A DNA stretch of 64,000 nucleotides from Candidatus Micrarchaeota archaeon (GTDB lineage Archaea; Micrarchaeota; Micrarchaeia; Anstonellales; Bilamarchaeaceae). Below, one piece after another: positions 1-9,541 of the stretch. The notes under the pieces were generated by a model. That model was not told the origin of the DNA and ran no database searches. It was given only the letters and a program-made list of their open reading frames with translations. The stretch covers positions 96,001-160,000 of the forward strand of contig JBDRCX010000006.1 in NCBI GenBank assembly GCA_043821365.1, in the 5' to 3' direction. The translations under genes were made by a program, and so were the position numbers. How positions within the stretch are numbered: the first letter of the stretch is position 1; each line of letters starts with the position of its first letter.

Positions 1-726
1 AAGTAAAATACGTGGTAGTGTAAGTGCTCTTCCACTACACCTCAAAGAATCTTCGTTATACTCCAGAATTAATGGTGGTTTGGTAGTATTATATGAAGCT
101 GCACCAAGATACATCTTTAATGGGGAGGCCATAAAGATCACTCCAAATTTTTTATTTATCCAACGCCAAAGATCGCTTCTCTCGAAATTAGCACGGGTCA
201 TGTAAGGAAAGGTATGTTTAATAGCACGGTCAACGTGAACAGCAAGTTCTTCAGGTATGCAACGAACACGCAAAGTCCATCCAAGGATACCAGAATCTCT
301 AAACATCAATAATGTTTTTTTTATTCTAGCATCATGACCATTAGAACCAAAGGGATGATGATTAATGGTGAAATTGATCTTTACTCCAGTTGAACAAAGT
401 GTATTGACCTTTCTTAATTGTTGTAAAGTTAGTTGGCGACTAACACCACCAGTTAAAACAAGAATTGATGGTGCAAAAGAAGATAAAAGACGTATTAGTT
501 CAACAAATCCATGCACATACGCAGTTGGATCTCCCCCACCAGCTAAAGCAAACATCTGAGAATTAGCAACGCCAGAAATACCAAAGAAGCCAGAGGTAAA
601 TATAGCCTCAATATCTTCTAATGGCATGGCTTGCCCATTTGGTAAACTTGAATCGCCGCAATGTTTGCAAAAATTCCCACAGCTAGATGTCGGATCAAGT
701 TGCCCAATGATTAATTTATCTGCCAT
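1..726 (-). CDS. Radical SAM superfamily protein (3' end runs off the window; absent from ORF track)
   Basis: Manual translation from ATG at 726: MADKLIIGQLDPTSSCGNFCKHCGDSS...FALAGGGDPTAY. CxxxCxxC (CGNFCKHC, 658-681) and a GGEP-like GGGDP motif. Frame stays open to position 1. Confidence 0.8.
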   Translation of the reverse strand, partial: MADKLIIGQLDPTSSCGNFCKHCGDSSLPNGQAMPLEDIEAIFTSGFFGISGVANSQMFALAGGGDPTAYVHGFVELIRLLSSFAPSILVLTGGVSRQLTLQQLRKVNTLCSTGVKINFTINHHPFGSNGHDARIKKTLLMFRDSGILGWTLRVRCIPEELAVHVDRAIKHTFPYMTRANFERSDLWRWINKKFGVIFMASPLKMYLGAASYNTTKPPLILEYNEDSLRCSGRALTLPRILL

Positions 727-820
727 ACTAAACAACTATATACAACAAGATTTAAATATCAGATAGACCAGATAAGAGATAGAAGGTCTGCTTTAAATAA
801 TATTTTTACTTATTCAAATC

Positions 821-2557
821 ATGCTTCTTTTTTCAGATGTTGCAAACTTTTTTCAAGAAATAGAAAAGCGCAGCGGTAGGCTGGAAATGACAGACCTACT
901 GGCGAATCTTTTCAAGCAAACAACAGCAGATGAAATCGATAGACTAGTTTATATCTTACAAGGAATTCTAGCTCCACCATATGAAGGAATTGATTTGGGA
1001 ATGGGAGAAAGATTCGCACTTGCAGCAATTGCATCAAGTTCTGGCTATTCTACAGCAGAAGTTGAAAAGAATTATAAAAAAAGTGGGGATTTGGGGGATA
1101 CTGCAGAAGAATTTCTTGGTAGAAAAAAACAAACTGCCCTATCAACAACAGACATGGGAGTAACCTACTTATTTGATGCTTTAATGAGGATTGCGAAGTC
1201 TTCTGGACCAGGAAGCCAAGACCAAAAAATAAAAATTCTTACAGAACTTCTGAATAACTCCACAGGTCTTGAATCAAGATACATAATTAGATATGTAACT
1301 GGGAGCCTCAGGCTTGGAGTGGGGGACCCCACAATCCTAGATGCGATTTCTGTTGCGCATGCTGGTGATAAATCACTTAGAGAAAAACTTGAACGTGCAT
1401 ATAATACTTGTTCAGATCTTGGGCATGTTGCAAAGGTATTTTACCAGGATCCAAAAAAGATAGAGAAATTTGTAGTTACTCCATTCAAACCATTGATGCC
1501 TGCGTTAGCTGAAAGAGAGAACACTCCAGAAGCCATAATTAAACGGTTAGAAAAATGCGGAATTGAAATGAAATATGATGGTTTCAGACTTCAATGCCAT
1601 AAAAAAGGAGATAACGTAGAATTATACTCACGAAAACTCGAAAAAATGACAGCCATGTTTCCAGATGTTGTTGAGGCTGTAAAGCAGATTAAAGCTGATG
1701 AACTGATATTTGAAGGAGAAGCTCTTGCATTTGACAATAAGAACAATAGATATTTTTCATTCCAACAAACCATGCACAGAAGAAGAAAACATGGGATTGA
1801 AGATGCATCAAAGGAATTTCCATTAAATGTTTTTGTTTTTGATGTTCTTTATGTTGATGGTAAGGATATGACTGAGATAGCCTACAACAAGAGAAGAAAA
1901 ATAATTGAAAAATTATTCAAAAAAGACATACTTAAACCAAGTGAAATGAAACTCGTAAGCAGTGCAAATGAACTTGAAAAGATATTCCAAAATTCTATTA
2001 GTCAAGGATTGGAAGGGATAATAGCCAAGGATTTGAATGCACCCTATACTGCAGGAAAAAGAAAATTTGCATGGATAAAACTGAAAAAATCCTATGGAAA
2101 GGCAGTCGATACTATAGATGCTGTTATTGTTGGATATTATTTGGGGCAGGGATCTAGAGCTGAGTTTGAATTTGGTGGACTTTTGGTAGCAGTTTACAAT
2201 CCAGATAGAGGGAAATTAGAAACTGTTGCAAGAATAGGATCAGGATTTAGTGAGGACGAGATGAAGAATTTCAGTGAGATGCTTGGTAAAATAAAAACCA
2301 AAAAAGCACCCGCAAAACTAGACTATTCAGTTGAAAAACCAGATTTCTGGGTAACCCCAAAATATGTTGTTGAGGTTGCTTTTGATGATATTACTCAGTC
2401 ATCCATGCACACATGTGGAACTATGGGAGTTGAAGATGAGAAGGGGTATGCATTGAGATTCCCAAGATTGGTTAGATTGAGAGAGGATAAGGGAACAGAG
2501 GAAGTAACAACAACTGAAGAAGTAATTGGAATGTTTAGATTACAACGAAGGGGGTAA
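821..2557 (+). CDS. lig: ATP-dependent DNA ligase
   Basis: Adenylation motif EMKYDGFR, EGEAL, FDVLY, EGIIAK, WIKLK and C-terminal LRFPR; 578 aa. Confidence 0.97.
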   Translation: MLLFSDVANFFQEIEKRSGRLEMTDLLANLFKQTTADEIDRLVYILQGILAPPYEGIDLGMGERFALAAIASSSGYSTAEVEKNYKKSGDLGDTAEEFLGRKKQTALSTTDMGVTYLFDALMRIAKSSGPGSQDQKIKILTELLNNSTGLESRYIIRYVTGSLRLGVGDPTILDAISVAHAGDKSLREKLERAYNTCSDLGHVAKVFYQDPKKIEKFVVTPFKPLMPALAERENTPEAIIKRLEKCGIEMKYDGFRLQCHKKGDNVELYSRKLEKMTAMFPDVVEAVKQIKADELIFEGEALAFDNKNNRYFSFQQTMHRRRKHGIEDASKEFPLNVFVFDVLYVDGKDMTEIAYNKRRKIIEKLFKKDILKPSEMKLVSSANELEKIFQNSISQGLEGIIAKDLNAPYTAGKRKFAWIKLKKSYGKAVDTIDAVIVGYYLGQGSRAEFEFGGLLVAVYNPDRGKLETVARIGSGFSEDEMKNFSEMLGKIKTKKAPAKLDYSVEKPDFWVTPKYVVEVAFDDITQSSMHTCGTMGVEDEKGYALRFPRLVRLREDKGTEEVTTTEEVIGMFRLQRRG

Positions 2558-2584
2558 ACGCAAATTTTTAATGCTCACCTGATT

Positions 2585-4054
2585 ATGCTAATCATGAAAG
2601 TTGAATTGAAGAAAGGACATTTATCGGATCTTAAAGGAGGACTTCTTTGTGTTTTTGTAATGCAAGGAGAAGAATTACCATGGGATGTTAGACCATTCTT
2701 AGACGGAGTGTCAAAAGAGAGATTTGAAGGAAAACTTCTGCAGACATATTCAACTGACACACTAAAAAAAGCAAAGTTTTCTAAATTGCTTATTGTTGGT
2801 TTGGGTAAAAAAGAAGAATTCAAAACTGATTATTTGAGAAGAGCAGCAGGAACAGCAGTAAGATATGCAACTGGTTCAAAAGAAAAGGAATTGACAATTC
2901 ATATTCCAAGCAAATTTGTTGGCAGACCAGAACTTTTGAAAATGATTCAGGCAACAACCGAAGGTGCGATTCTTGCTGGATATAAATTCCACCAGTATAA
3001 AACCAAGAAAGAGGATTTGTTTTTAGTTGAGAAAGTCAATATTTTGAGCAATGAAGATATAAGAGATGGAATAACCCAGGGAATAGTTTATGCAGAAGCA
3101 CAGAATTATGCACGTGAACTTGATGAACAGCCAGGGAACATAGCAAGTCCGCAGTGGGTTGCAAATGAAGCAAAAAAACTGGCTAAGAAACATGGATTAC
3201 GTTTAACCATTTTGGACAAACATGCAATGAAAAGAAAGGAGATGAATGCGCTTCTAGGCGTTGCACAGGGAAGTGGATATGACCCCTACCTCCTGAAATT
3301 AGAGTACAATAAAGGAAAAACTCCAACATATTGTGTTGTTGGTAAAGGAGTCATTTTCGATAGTGGTGGGATAAGCCTAAAACCATCACCAAATATGCAC
3401 GAGATGAAATATGATAAAACAGGTGCAATAAATGTGCTTGGAGTTATGAAAGCAGTTGCTGAACTAAAACTACCAGTTAGAGTTGTTGGGATAATGCCAA
3501 TGGTAGAGAACATGCCTTCAGGAACTGCCCAAAGACCAGGCGACATAGTAAAATCATATAGTGGAAAAACAATCGAAGTGCTTAATACTGATGCAGAGGG
3601 AAGGCTGATTCTTGCTGATGCGCTGGCTTATGCAACTGAAGAAAAGCCAAAATACATGATAGACATGGCAACCCTGACAGGTGCAATGGTTGTAAGCCTT
3701 GGAAGACATGCAATTGGTTTATTCTCCAATGATGATAATCTTTCTGAGACGATAAAGGATGCAGGAGAAGAAACTCATGAGAGAATTTGGAGAATGCCAC
3801 TTTGGCAGGAATACAGCGAGATGATGAAGTCTGAATTTGCTGATGTTAAAAATATATCAGAAGTTGGAGAAGCAGGATCAATAACTGCAGCTGCGTTCTT
3901 GAAAGAATTCATAGGAAAAACAAAATGGGCACATTTAGATATTGCCGGGGTTGACCACACAAAACCACCTCACCCATATTTTGACAAAGGTGCAACTGGG
4001 ATTGGAGTAAGATTGGTGACTAAAACTTTGGCGAAATTAGCTAAAAAGAAATAA
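2585..4054 (+). CDS. pepA: Leucyl aminopeptidase (M17 family)
   Basis: VGKGVIFDSGGISLK, MKYD and NTDAEGRLILADAL metal-binding motifs; WAHLDIAG. Confidence 0.95.
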   Translation: MLIMKVELKKGHLSDLKGGLLCVFVMQGEELPWDVRPFLDGVSKERFEGKLLQTYSTDTLKKAKFSKLLIVGLGKKEEFKTDYLRRAAGTAVRYATGSKEKELTIHIPSKFVGRPELLKMIQATTEGAILAGYKFHQYKTKKEDLFLVEKVNILSNEDIRDGITQGIVYAEAQNYARELDEQPGNIASPQWVANEAKKLAKKHGLRLTILDKHAMKRKEMNALLGVAQGSGYDPYLLKLEYNKGKTPTYCVVGKGVIFDSGGISLKPSPNMHEMKYDKTGAINVLGVMKAVAELKLPVRVVGIMPMVENMPSGTAQRPGDIVKSYSGKTIEVLNTDAEGRLILADALAYATEEKPKYMIDMATLTGAMVVSLGRHAIGLFSNDDNLSETIKDAGEETHERIWRMPLWQEYSEMMKSEFADVKNISEVGEAGSITAAAFLKEFIGKTKWAHLDIAGVDHTKPPHPYFDKGATGIGVRLVTKTLAKLAKKK

Positions 4055-4057
4055 TGA

Positions 4058-4801
4058 CTAAAATTCCAACTGAACAGAATTTCTTAATTCACCAAATTCA
4101 GTTGAATAAATAGTAACTTTATCGCCAGCCTGTGCATAGCAACGTTTTGGTAATATTAATCCAGTCCCTGCTAGGATAATTGTTCCTTTTGGCAAGAAAC
4201 CATCTTGACCAATAGTTATTCTTTTTGATTGTGGCAGCGGCCCCAACTGAAGTAGTTCCTCCCTACGTGCAAATATTAATTCTGGAAATTCAGCAAACTC
4301 TCTTAATCTCTGAGAAGTGGAATATGAATTATCATATATGGTGCTTCCATCTCTAATTATTCTTAGTCCGATTTCAATTTCATTCACATTTCCAACCTTA
4401 CTGGCACGGTAAAATCTCGTTCCAATGCTACAACTTCCTGGCCAACACTTTCCAAAATAAGTTGGATCATAATCTGTTTTTGATCTTTCGAATTCAATAT
4501 TCGCTGCAGTAAGATCATTTGCTAGAGCATATGCAACTATAGTATGTTTTGGACCAAGTAATAATGCAAGTTCAGGTTCATACCAATGATCAGTTTGTTT
4601 GCCAGTTTCTGGATGTTTTCTTAATACTAAAGACCCACCACCACGAATAATATCCTCTGGATTTTCTACTTTTTTGAAATAGGAAAATGCATCTTTTCCT
4701 TTGTGTGAACTATGATCTGCACGATCTTTTGCAAAAGAATCTCTAACTGCAAGACTAACTCGGTATGTATATGCACATCCAATAACTTGAATAATTCTCA
4801 T
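4058..4801 (-). CDS. Fumarylacetoacetate hydrolase (FAH) superfamily protein
   Basis: WYEPELAL, ANDLTA, K...GSCSIG and ILAGTG motifs. Start moved to ATG 4801, which follows a GGTGA SD and sits just after the SIS gene stop. Confidence 0.8.
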   Translation of the reverse strand: MRIIQVIGCAYTYRVSLAVRDSFAKDRADHSSHKGKDAFSYFKKVENPEDIIRGGGSLVLRKHPETGKQTDHWYEPELALLLGPKHTIVAYALANDLTAANIEFERSKTDYDPTYFGKCWPGSCSIGTRFYRASKVGNVNEIEIGLRIIRDGSTIYDNSYSTSQRLREFAEFPELIFARREELLQLGPLPQSKRITIGQDGFLPKGTIILAGTGLILPKRCYAQAGDKVTIYSTEFGELRNSVQLEF

Positions 4802-4805
4802 TTTA

Positions 4806-6020
4806 TCACCTTCCAAATTTTGCAACCAACTTGTCTCGTATCTGGTCTTTTTTTCTAAGAAGAGCAAGATCATGTTTTCTAATCCAATCATTTGCTTTTG
4901 ATTGGTCTAGAATACCTTGTTCAACAAGTATTCTGGTGTTTGTTAGCCTGCCAGTTAGATGAGCAGTTATTTGTGCTAATCCTGGCGCCACCAATTCATC
5001 TGAGCCAAAACAAATAGTGTGTAAAGCCATGTTCCTCTCATGAGCTGCTTTGACCAGGCTCTTTGTTTTGATTTCTTCTAAAGTTGTTGCAAGCACAATT
5101 TCAACGTCGCCTTTTCTTCCGTTGTCTTGAACCTCTATTGCTTGATTGAAACCACAACCCCCATCATTACCAACTCCAGTCATATGACAGGGAAGTAAGC
5201 CTGAGAGAACTAGATTCGACCAAATTTCTCTTGTTTCATCTCTAGCATCCCAAACCAGATTGTGTGCCATATGCTCTGCAGGGGCAACCAACAACCCATC
5301 AGTTGCATCAACTCTTACAATTGCCCTTTGTTTGAAAGCAGAGACAATATCTTCAACAATTTTTAGAAGTAATTCTGGCTCGATAATTCTTACTACTCCA
5401 TCAACTAATTTTTCTAAATAAATTTCTCTGGTTGTTTCTATTGATTCCGATTTGCCTGATAATAGAAGACCAACCTGTCTTGCAAGTATAAGCAAAGTTG
5501 CAATTGTAACTTCCTCTAGTTTTTGTTGGTCTTGAAGAGGAATGATAATGAGATGGTCTGGAACGTTTTGTTTTGTAATTAACCCATTTGCACTTATTGA
5601 GACGGTTCTGGCACCAGATTTCCTAGAAAGTGCTGACGCGCCCAAGATATTGCATGAGTTTCCGCTTGCACTAACCAAAATTACAAGATCTCCTTTTCTG
5701 GCTCTTCTGGTAAGTATATGGTCGAATAATGATTCGCTTCTTCTGGATAGGATTCCATCAAGTTTTGGATTGCCAAAACTACCAAATTTAATAGTAGGAT
5801 CAACTTCTCGTTCAAGAGCAAAAAGGAATGAATCAGCCTCTGCGTGGCTGCCTCCATTTCCAAAGGCAAAAATATTTCCATTAGCACTTATTGTTTGGAC
5901 AATATCATGAATGATTGGAATTAGAGAGTGATTGCAAACTTCCCTTAGACCTGCCACCACATCTTGGACATATTCTTGTATAAATATACCGAGATCTTTT
6001 TCGAATTGTGGTGGGAACAT
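4806..6020 (-). CDS. Tandem SIS-domain protein, phosphoheptose isomerase (GmhA)-like
   Basis: Domain 1 has IFAFGNGGSHAEA, GDLVILVSASGNS and QQKLEE. Domain 2 has HMAHNL, TGVGNDGG and GDVEIVL. Confidence 0.75.
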   Translation of the reverse strand: MFPPQFEKDLGIFIQEYVQDVVAGLREVCNHSLIPIIHDIVQTISANGNIFAFGNGGSHAEADSFLFALEREVDPTIKFGSFGNPKLDGILSRRSESLFDHILTRRARKGDLVILVSASGNSCNILGASALSRKSGARTVSISANGLITKQNVPDHLIIIPLQDQQKLEEVTIATLLILARQVGLLLSGKSESIETTREIYLEKLVDGVVRIIEPELLLKIVEDIVSAFKQRAIVRVDATDGLLVAPAEHMAHNLVWDARDETREIWSNLVLSGLLPCHMTGVGNDGGCGFNQAIEVQDNGRKGDVEIVLATTLEEIKTKSLVKAAHERNMALHTICFGSDELVAPGLAQITAHLTGRLTNTRILVEQGILDQSKANDWIRKHDLALLRKKDQIRDKLVAKFGR

Positions 6021-6040
6021 ATGTTTACTAATGTATTTTC

Positions 6041-6099
6041 TTATATATTAAATATGTTAATAAAAAATTACACAAAATGAAAATATTTATATATTAAAT
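6041..6099. promoter_or_regulatory. 13-bp direct repeat TTATATATTAAAT x2 in a divergent promoter region
   Basis: Exact copies at 6041-6053 and 6087-6099, between the SIS gene (-) and the Lrp-like gene (+). Confidence 0.55.
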
Positions 6100-6116
6100 T
6101 GCAAATAGAGTAAAAT

Positions 6117-7103
6117 ATGAAGAAATATGGGCTTGATTTATTAGATAGAAAGATACTTTATGAACTTGATAAGAACAGTAGGATGACATTCAAACAGCTT
6201 GGGAAAAAAATAGGCATATCAAAAGAAACTGCAACTTTTAGAGTAAAACGCCTAGTAAAAAACAAGTATATCAAAAATTTTATAACGACAATTCATACTT
6301 CGAATCTGAATCGTTTTTACTATAAACTTTTTTACAAATTTTATGGTACAACACCTGAAATAGATAGGGAGATTGTTGATTATATACAAAATTATCAATC
6401 AGTTGCTTATTTTGCAAGTTCAGAAGGTAGATATGACGTGCTATTCTTGATACTTGCAAAAGATATGAGAGATTTATATAAATTTTTAGTTCTGTTTAGA
6501 GAAAGATTTGGAGGTTATATATTAGAACAGGAAATTGTTACTCTGCCATCAGTACATAGGTTTAATTTTAGGTTTTTTTACGAAGACGGAGAACTCCTGC
6601 ATACAAAATATCCTGTTGAATTAGTGGAACCTAGGATAGACGAAATGGATTACAAGATAATATCAGAAATAGCAAAAAATGCCCGTATTTCATTAACAGA
6701 AATTGCAAAGATAACAAAAACAGACATTAATGTGATTAAATATAGAATGAACAAATTGAAAAAATCAAATATAATTGGTACTCATGTATTAGAGATAAAT
6801 TTTGAGAAGTTCGGCCTCCAACAAATACAAATAGGGTATACATTGAAGAATCACAAATCAATAAACAAAATGATAGAATATGTTGCACAGAACCCAAAAT
6901 CAACATTTGCAACAGTTATGTTAGGAAAGTACGATCTTGCAGTTGAATTCTTTGTAGAGAATATGGAAGAACTTCGTAGGATAATGAATGGGATAAAAAA
7001 AGAGTTCTCAGGAGATATCACAAATCATGATGTTTTCATACTAAAAGAACACACCCTGAACTGGTTCCCATATAAGCTTGGTAATTTTGAAACTAAGGAA
7101 TAA
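6117..7103 (+). CDS. Lrp/AsnC family regulator with two tandem HTH+RAM units
   Basis: LDLLDRKILYELDKNSRMTFKQLGKKIG...FRVKRL and IDEMDYKIISEIAKNARISLTEIAK...YRMNKL; GRYD and GKYD RAM motifs. Confidence 0.9.
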   Translation: MKKYGLDLLDRKILYELDKNSRMTFKQLGKKIGISKETATFRVKRLVKNKYIKNFITTIHTSNLNRFYYKLFYKFYGTTPEIDREIVDYIQNYQSVAYFASSEGRYDVLFLILAKDMRDLYKFLVLFRERFGGYILEQEIVTLPSVHRFNFRFFYEDGELLHTKYPVELVEPRIDEMDYKIISEIAKNARISLTEIAKITKTDINVIKYRMNKLKKSNIIGTHVLEINFEKFGLQQIQIGYTLKNHKSINKMIEYVAQNPKSTFATVMLGKYDLAVEFFVENMEELRRIMNGIKKEFSGDITNHDVFILKEHTLNWFPYKLGNFETKE

Positions 7104-7147
7104 AAACACTAGCAATGAAGTGAATATGGATACAAAAAGAACAGTGT

Positions 7148-7558
7148 GTGATAGGTATGGTTAGATATGTTTTCAATGAATTCTCAATAGAGTGGCTTAA
7201 AGAACAAAAATTCACAGATTATGAGATAGATGATGCTCAAAATCTATTGAATAAGGTTGAAGCACAGAGAGACAATAAAGAACTAATTAAGAGGCTCGTG
7301 CAGGGAAAAAGTCCAAGAATAGATGCAATAATTTCATTGCTTAGTTCAATAACAGATGCAGAAGGAAGACCAATTTGTTTTGAAGATAATGGAATGATAG
7401 ACATACCAGACGAAGCACGAGAATATTTTGAGCATGATTTGGAGTTTGAAGAATTAGATATATTTGTCGGCAAACTAAAGAACATAAAATTTGCAAAACG
7501 ATTCTCATACCCAAAAAGAAGAAGTGACAAAAAAGGAGAACGACACAAATCGCTTTAA
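7148..7558 (+). CDS. Hypothetical protein
   Basis: 136-aa ORF filling the gap and overlapping the acyP stop; no motif recognised. Confidence 0.6.
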   Translation: MIGMVRYVFNEFSIEWLKEQKFTDYEIDDAQNLLNKVEAQRDNKELIKRLVQGKSPRIDAIISLLSSITDAEGRPICFEDNGMIDIPDEAREYFEHDLEFEELDIFVGKLKNIKFAKRFSYPKRRSDKKGERHKSL

Positions 7559-7830
7559 CGAATAATTACAAATCCTTTGAATTTTTCTTCTGACTCAATC
7601 CAAGCATATTCCAGTTCAGAGACATCTGCACCAGATGGTCCGTGATAACACCATTCAAGTAATTTTTCTAATCCTTGTCTGTCTCCTTGAGCCATTATCT
7701 CTACTGATCCATCTTCCCTATTTTTTACCCAGCCAGTTAGACCAAGTTTAAGTGCCATGGTCTGAGTATTGGCTCGGAAGAAAACTCCTTGCACATGACC
7801 AAAAACTTGAATGATAATTGTTTGAAACAT
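7555..7830 (-). CDS. acyP: Acylphosphatase
   Basis: GHVQGVFFR and GWVKNREDGSVEI signatures; ATG at 7830. Confidence 0.93.
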   Translation of the reverse strand: MFQTIIIQVFGHVQGVFFRANTQTMALKLGLTGWVKNREDGSVEIMAQGDRQGLEKLLEWCYHGPSGADVSELEYAWIESEEKFKGFVIIR

Positions 7831-7882
7831 AAAAGGAATAGACAAAAAAACACTAAAAATATGAGTGTGGGAATTTAATTAT

Positions 7883-9418
7883 CTACATAGCTGTTCTCAA
7901 ATCAAGAAACGCACCATTAAGATTAGAAAGTATTTCTTTACCAACCTCAGTAGAAGGATCTGTGTTTATTGACATTGCATCATCTTTAGTTCTTCCTTTA
8001 GAACCACTACCAAATCTGCGTAAAAGATCAACTGATTCCAGATAGGCTAGAAAAGTTTTTGGTGAAACACTACAATGTCTTGAAATACTTGAACGGATTT
8101 TAGGCCCTTGATAATGTGAAAATCCAACAGCTCCACCTCCGCTTCCCTTACCAAAATCAAATCCTTTACAAATACCAAATACAACATCTCTTGATGTTAA
8201 TCCAGCAGCACGAATATGTTCATCAGTAGCAGAAGAAAATGAAATACTACCTAAAAATTCCTCTTTGGAAGCAAATCCATTTGAACCTGTAGAATCAGAA
8301 GGTAGTTGAACCGACTTGTGTTTATCTCTGCGTATGCAATGTAGTCTGTATCTTTTGACTATCTTATCAAAATCCCTGGTGCCATTGTTTATACGAGTTA
8401 CATAAAAACTTGCTGGAATTGATTCTTTTTCAAGTCTGCGTACAAGATCTTTTAGCAAACGATTATTGGCACGTCTTTCACGAATTTGTTGGATTTCGCT
8501 TGGGCTTGGATGGGTTGCAAGATGATAAAGTCCTGGAAACTCCCTACGAACACACTTGAGTTCCTCTTTTTCAGTTCTTTTTGGAGATGCGGTTGGATCA
8601 ACCCAATATGCTTCTGCAGCTATGCTCAATACCTTGGGAGGTTCAAGATCTTCCCATTGGGTACGCAATTCTGCAAATGCTTGTCGATATACAATTTTAC
8701 GCTTTTCTAACCTTAATTGTTTACGCTTTGCATCTGTAGAAGCTGCACGTGTTCTTCTTTCGATATCGCAGAGTTTCTTAAATCGATCATCATAGTTAGG
8801 ATTAGCAAGGTAAAGAAGTGCATCTAACGAACATGTCTCCATACAAATATCTATTAAAGTGCGCATTAGGTATACAGAGACTACTGAATGTACCAACATA
8901 TCAACTCTATCTGCCAAGCGTGGATCTGATAAACTAGGTGGGTGATCTGCAGACGTAGTTAGGTATGCTTCTAGAATTACATTCTGACCTATATCTGAGC
9001 GTAAACGAGTTAGATCAATAGTAGACAGGGAATCTATAACACCTCTGCTAAGTGTAAGGAACAATTCATTAGATTCTGTATTTGCTTCTCTGAGAAGAGG
9101 GTGAATAAAGTTTGAACACATCATCTTTTTTATTTGAGTTGGCATTAGCTCTTCATAACCTACGCCTGATTTGAGTAATGAGAGTGCTCTAGCAAGAGTC
9201 TGGACCGAAGTATCACCTCCAGGTACTAATTTTACACTACCTGAAAGTCTTGGAAATCTAGACCAGAAAAACCTTGGGAGTTGAAAACCAATGTCAGCCC
9301 TCTGCATAAATGTTTGTATGCCAGCCAATGCGTCTAAAGCTGGAGCCATTTTGATAAAGGTTTTTCCAGTTAATTGTTCTTGTTTTGCAGTTTTTAACCA
9401 TTGACGCATAAGGATCAC
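7883..9418 (-). CDS. Hypothetical (orphan) protein, 511 aa
   Basis: Long open frame with no competing long ORF; no family recognised. Confidence 0.7.
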   Translation of the reverse strand: MILMRQWLKTAKQEQLTGKTFIKMAPALDALAGIQTFMQRADIGFQLPRFFWSRFPRLSGSVKLVPGGDTSVQTLARALSLLKSGVGYEELMPTQIKKMMCSNFIHPLLREANTESNELFLTLSRGVIDSLSTIDLTRLRSDIGQNVILEAYLTTSADHPPSLSDPRLADRVDMLVHSVVSVYLMRTLIDICMETCSLDALLYLANPNYDDRFKKLCDIERRTRAASTDAKRKQLRLEKRKIVYRQAFAELRTQWEDLEPPKVLSIAAEAYWVDPTASPKRTEKEELKCVRREFPGLYHLATHPSPSEIQQIRERRANNRLLKDLVRRLEKESIPASFYVTRINNGTRDFDKIVKRYRLHCIRRDKHKSVQLPSDSTGSNGFASKEEFLGSISFSSATDEHIRAAGLTSRDVVFGICKGFDFGKGSGGGAVGFSHYQGPKIRSSISRHCSVSPKTFLAYLESVDLLRRFGSGSKGRTKDDAMSINTDPSTEVGKEILSNLNGAFLDLRTAM

Positions 9419-9541
9419 TAAGCCATAAGTTTACTTGTGTTTAAAAATGGTTGAAATAGTTTTTAAGGATATGTCACACCACCTGATAAAATTCTTAGGC
9501 ATACCTTTAAAACCATTTTCTGACACTACTAGCATGGGTAA

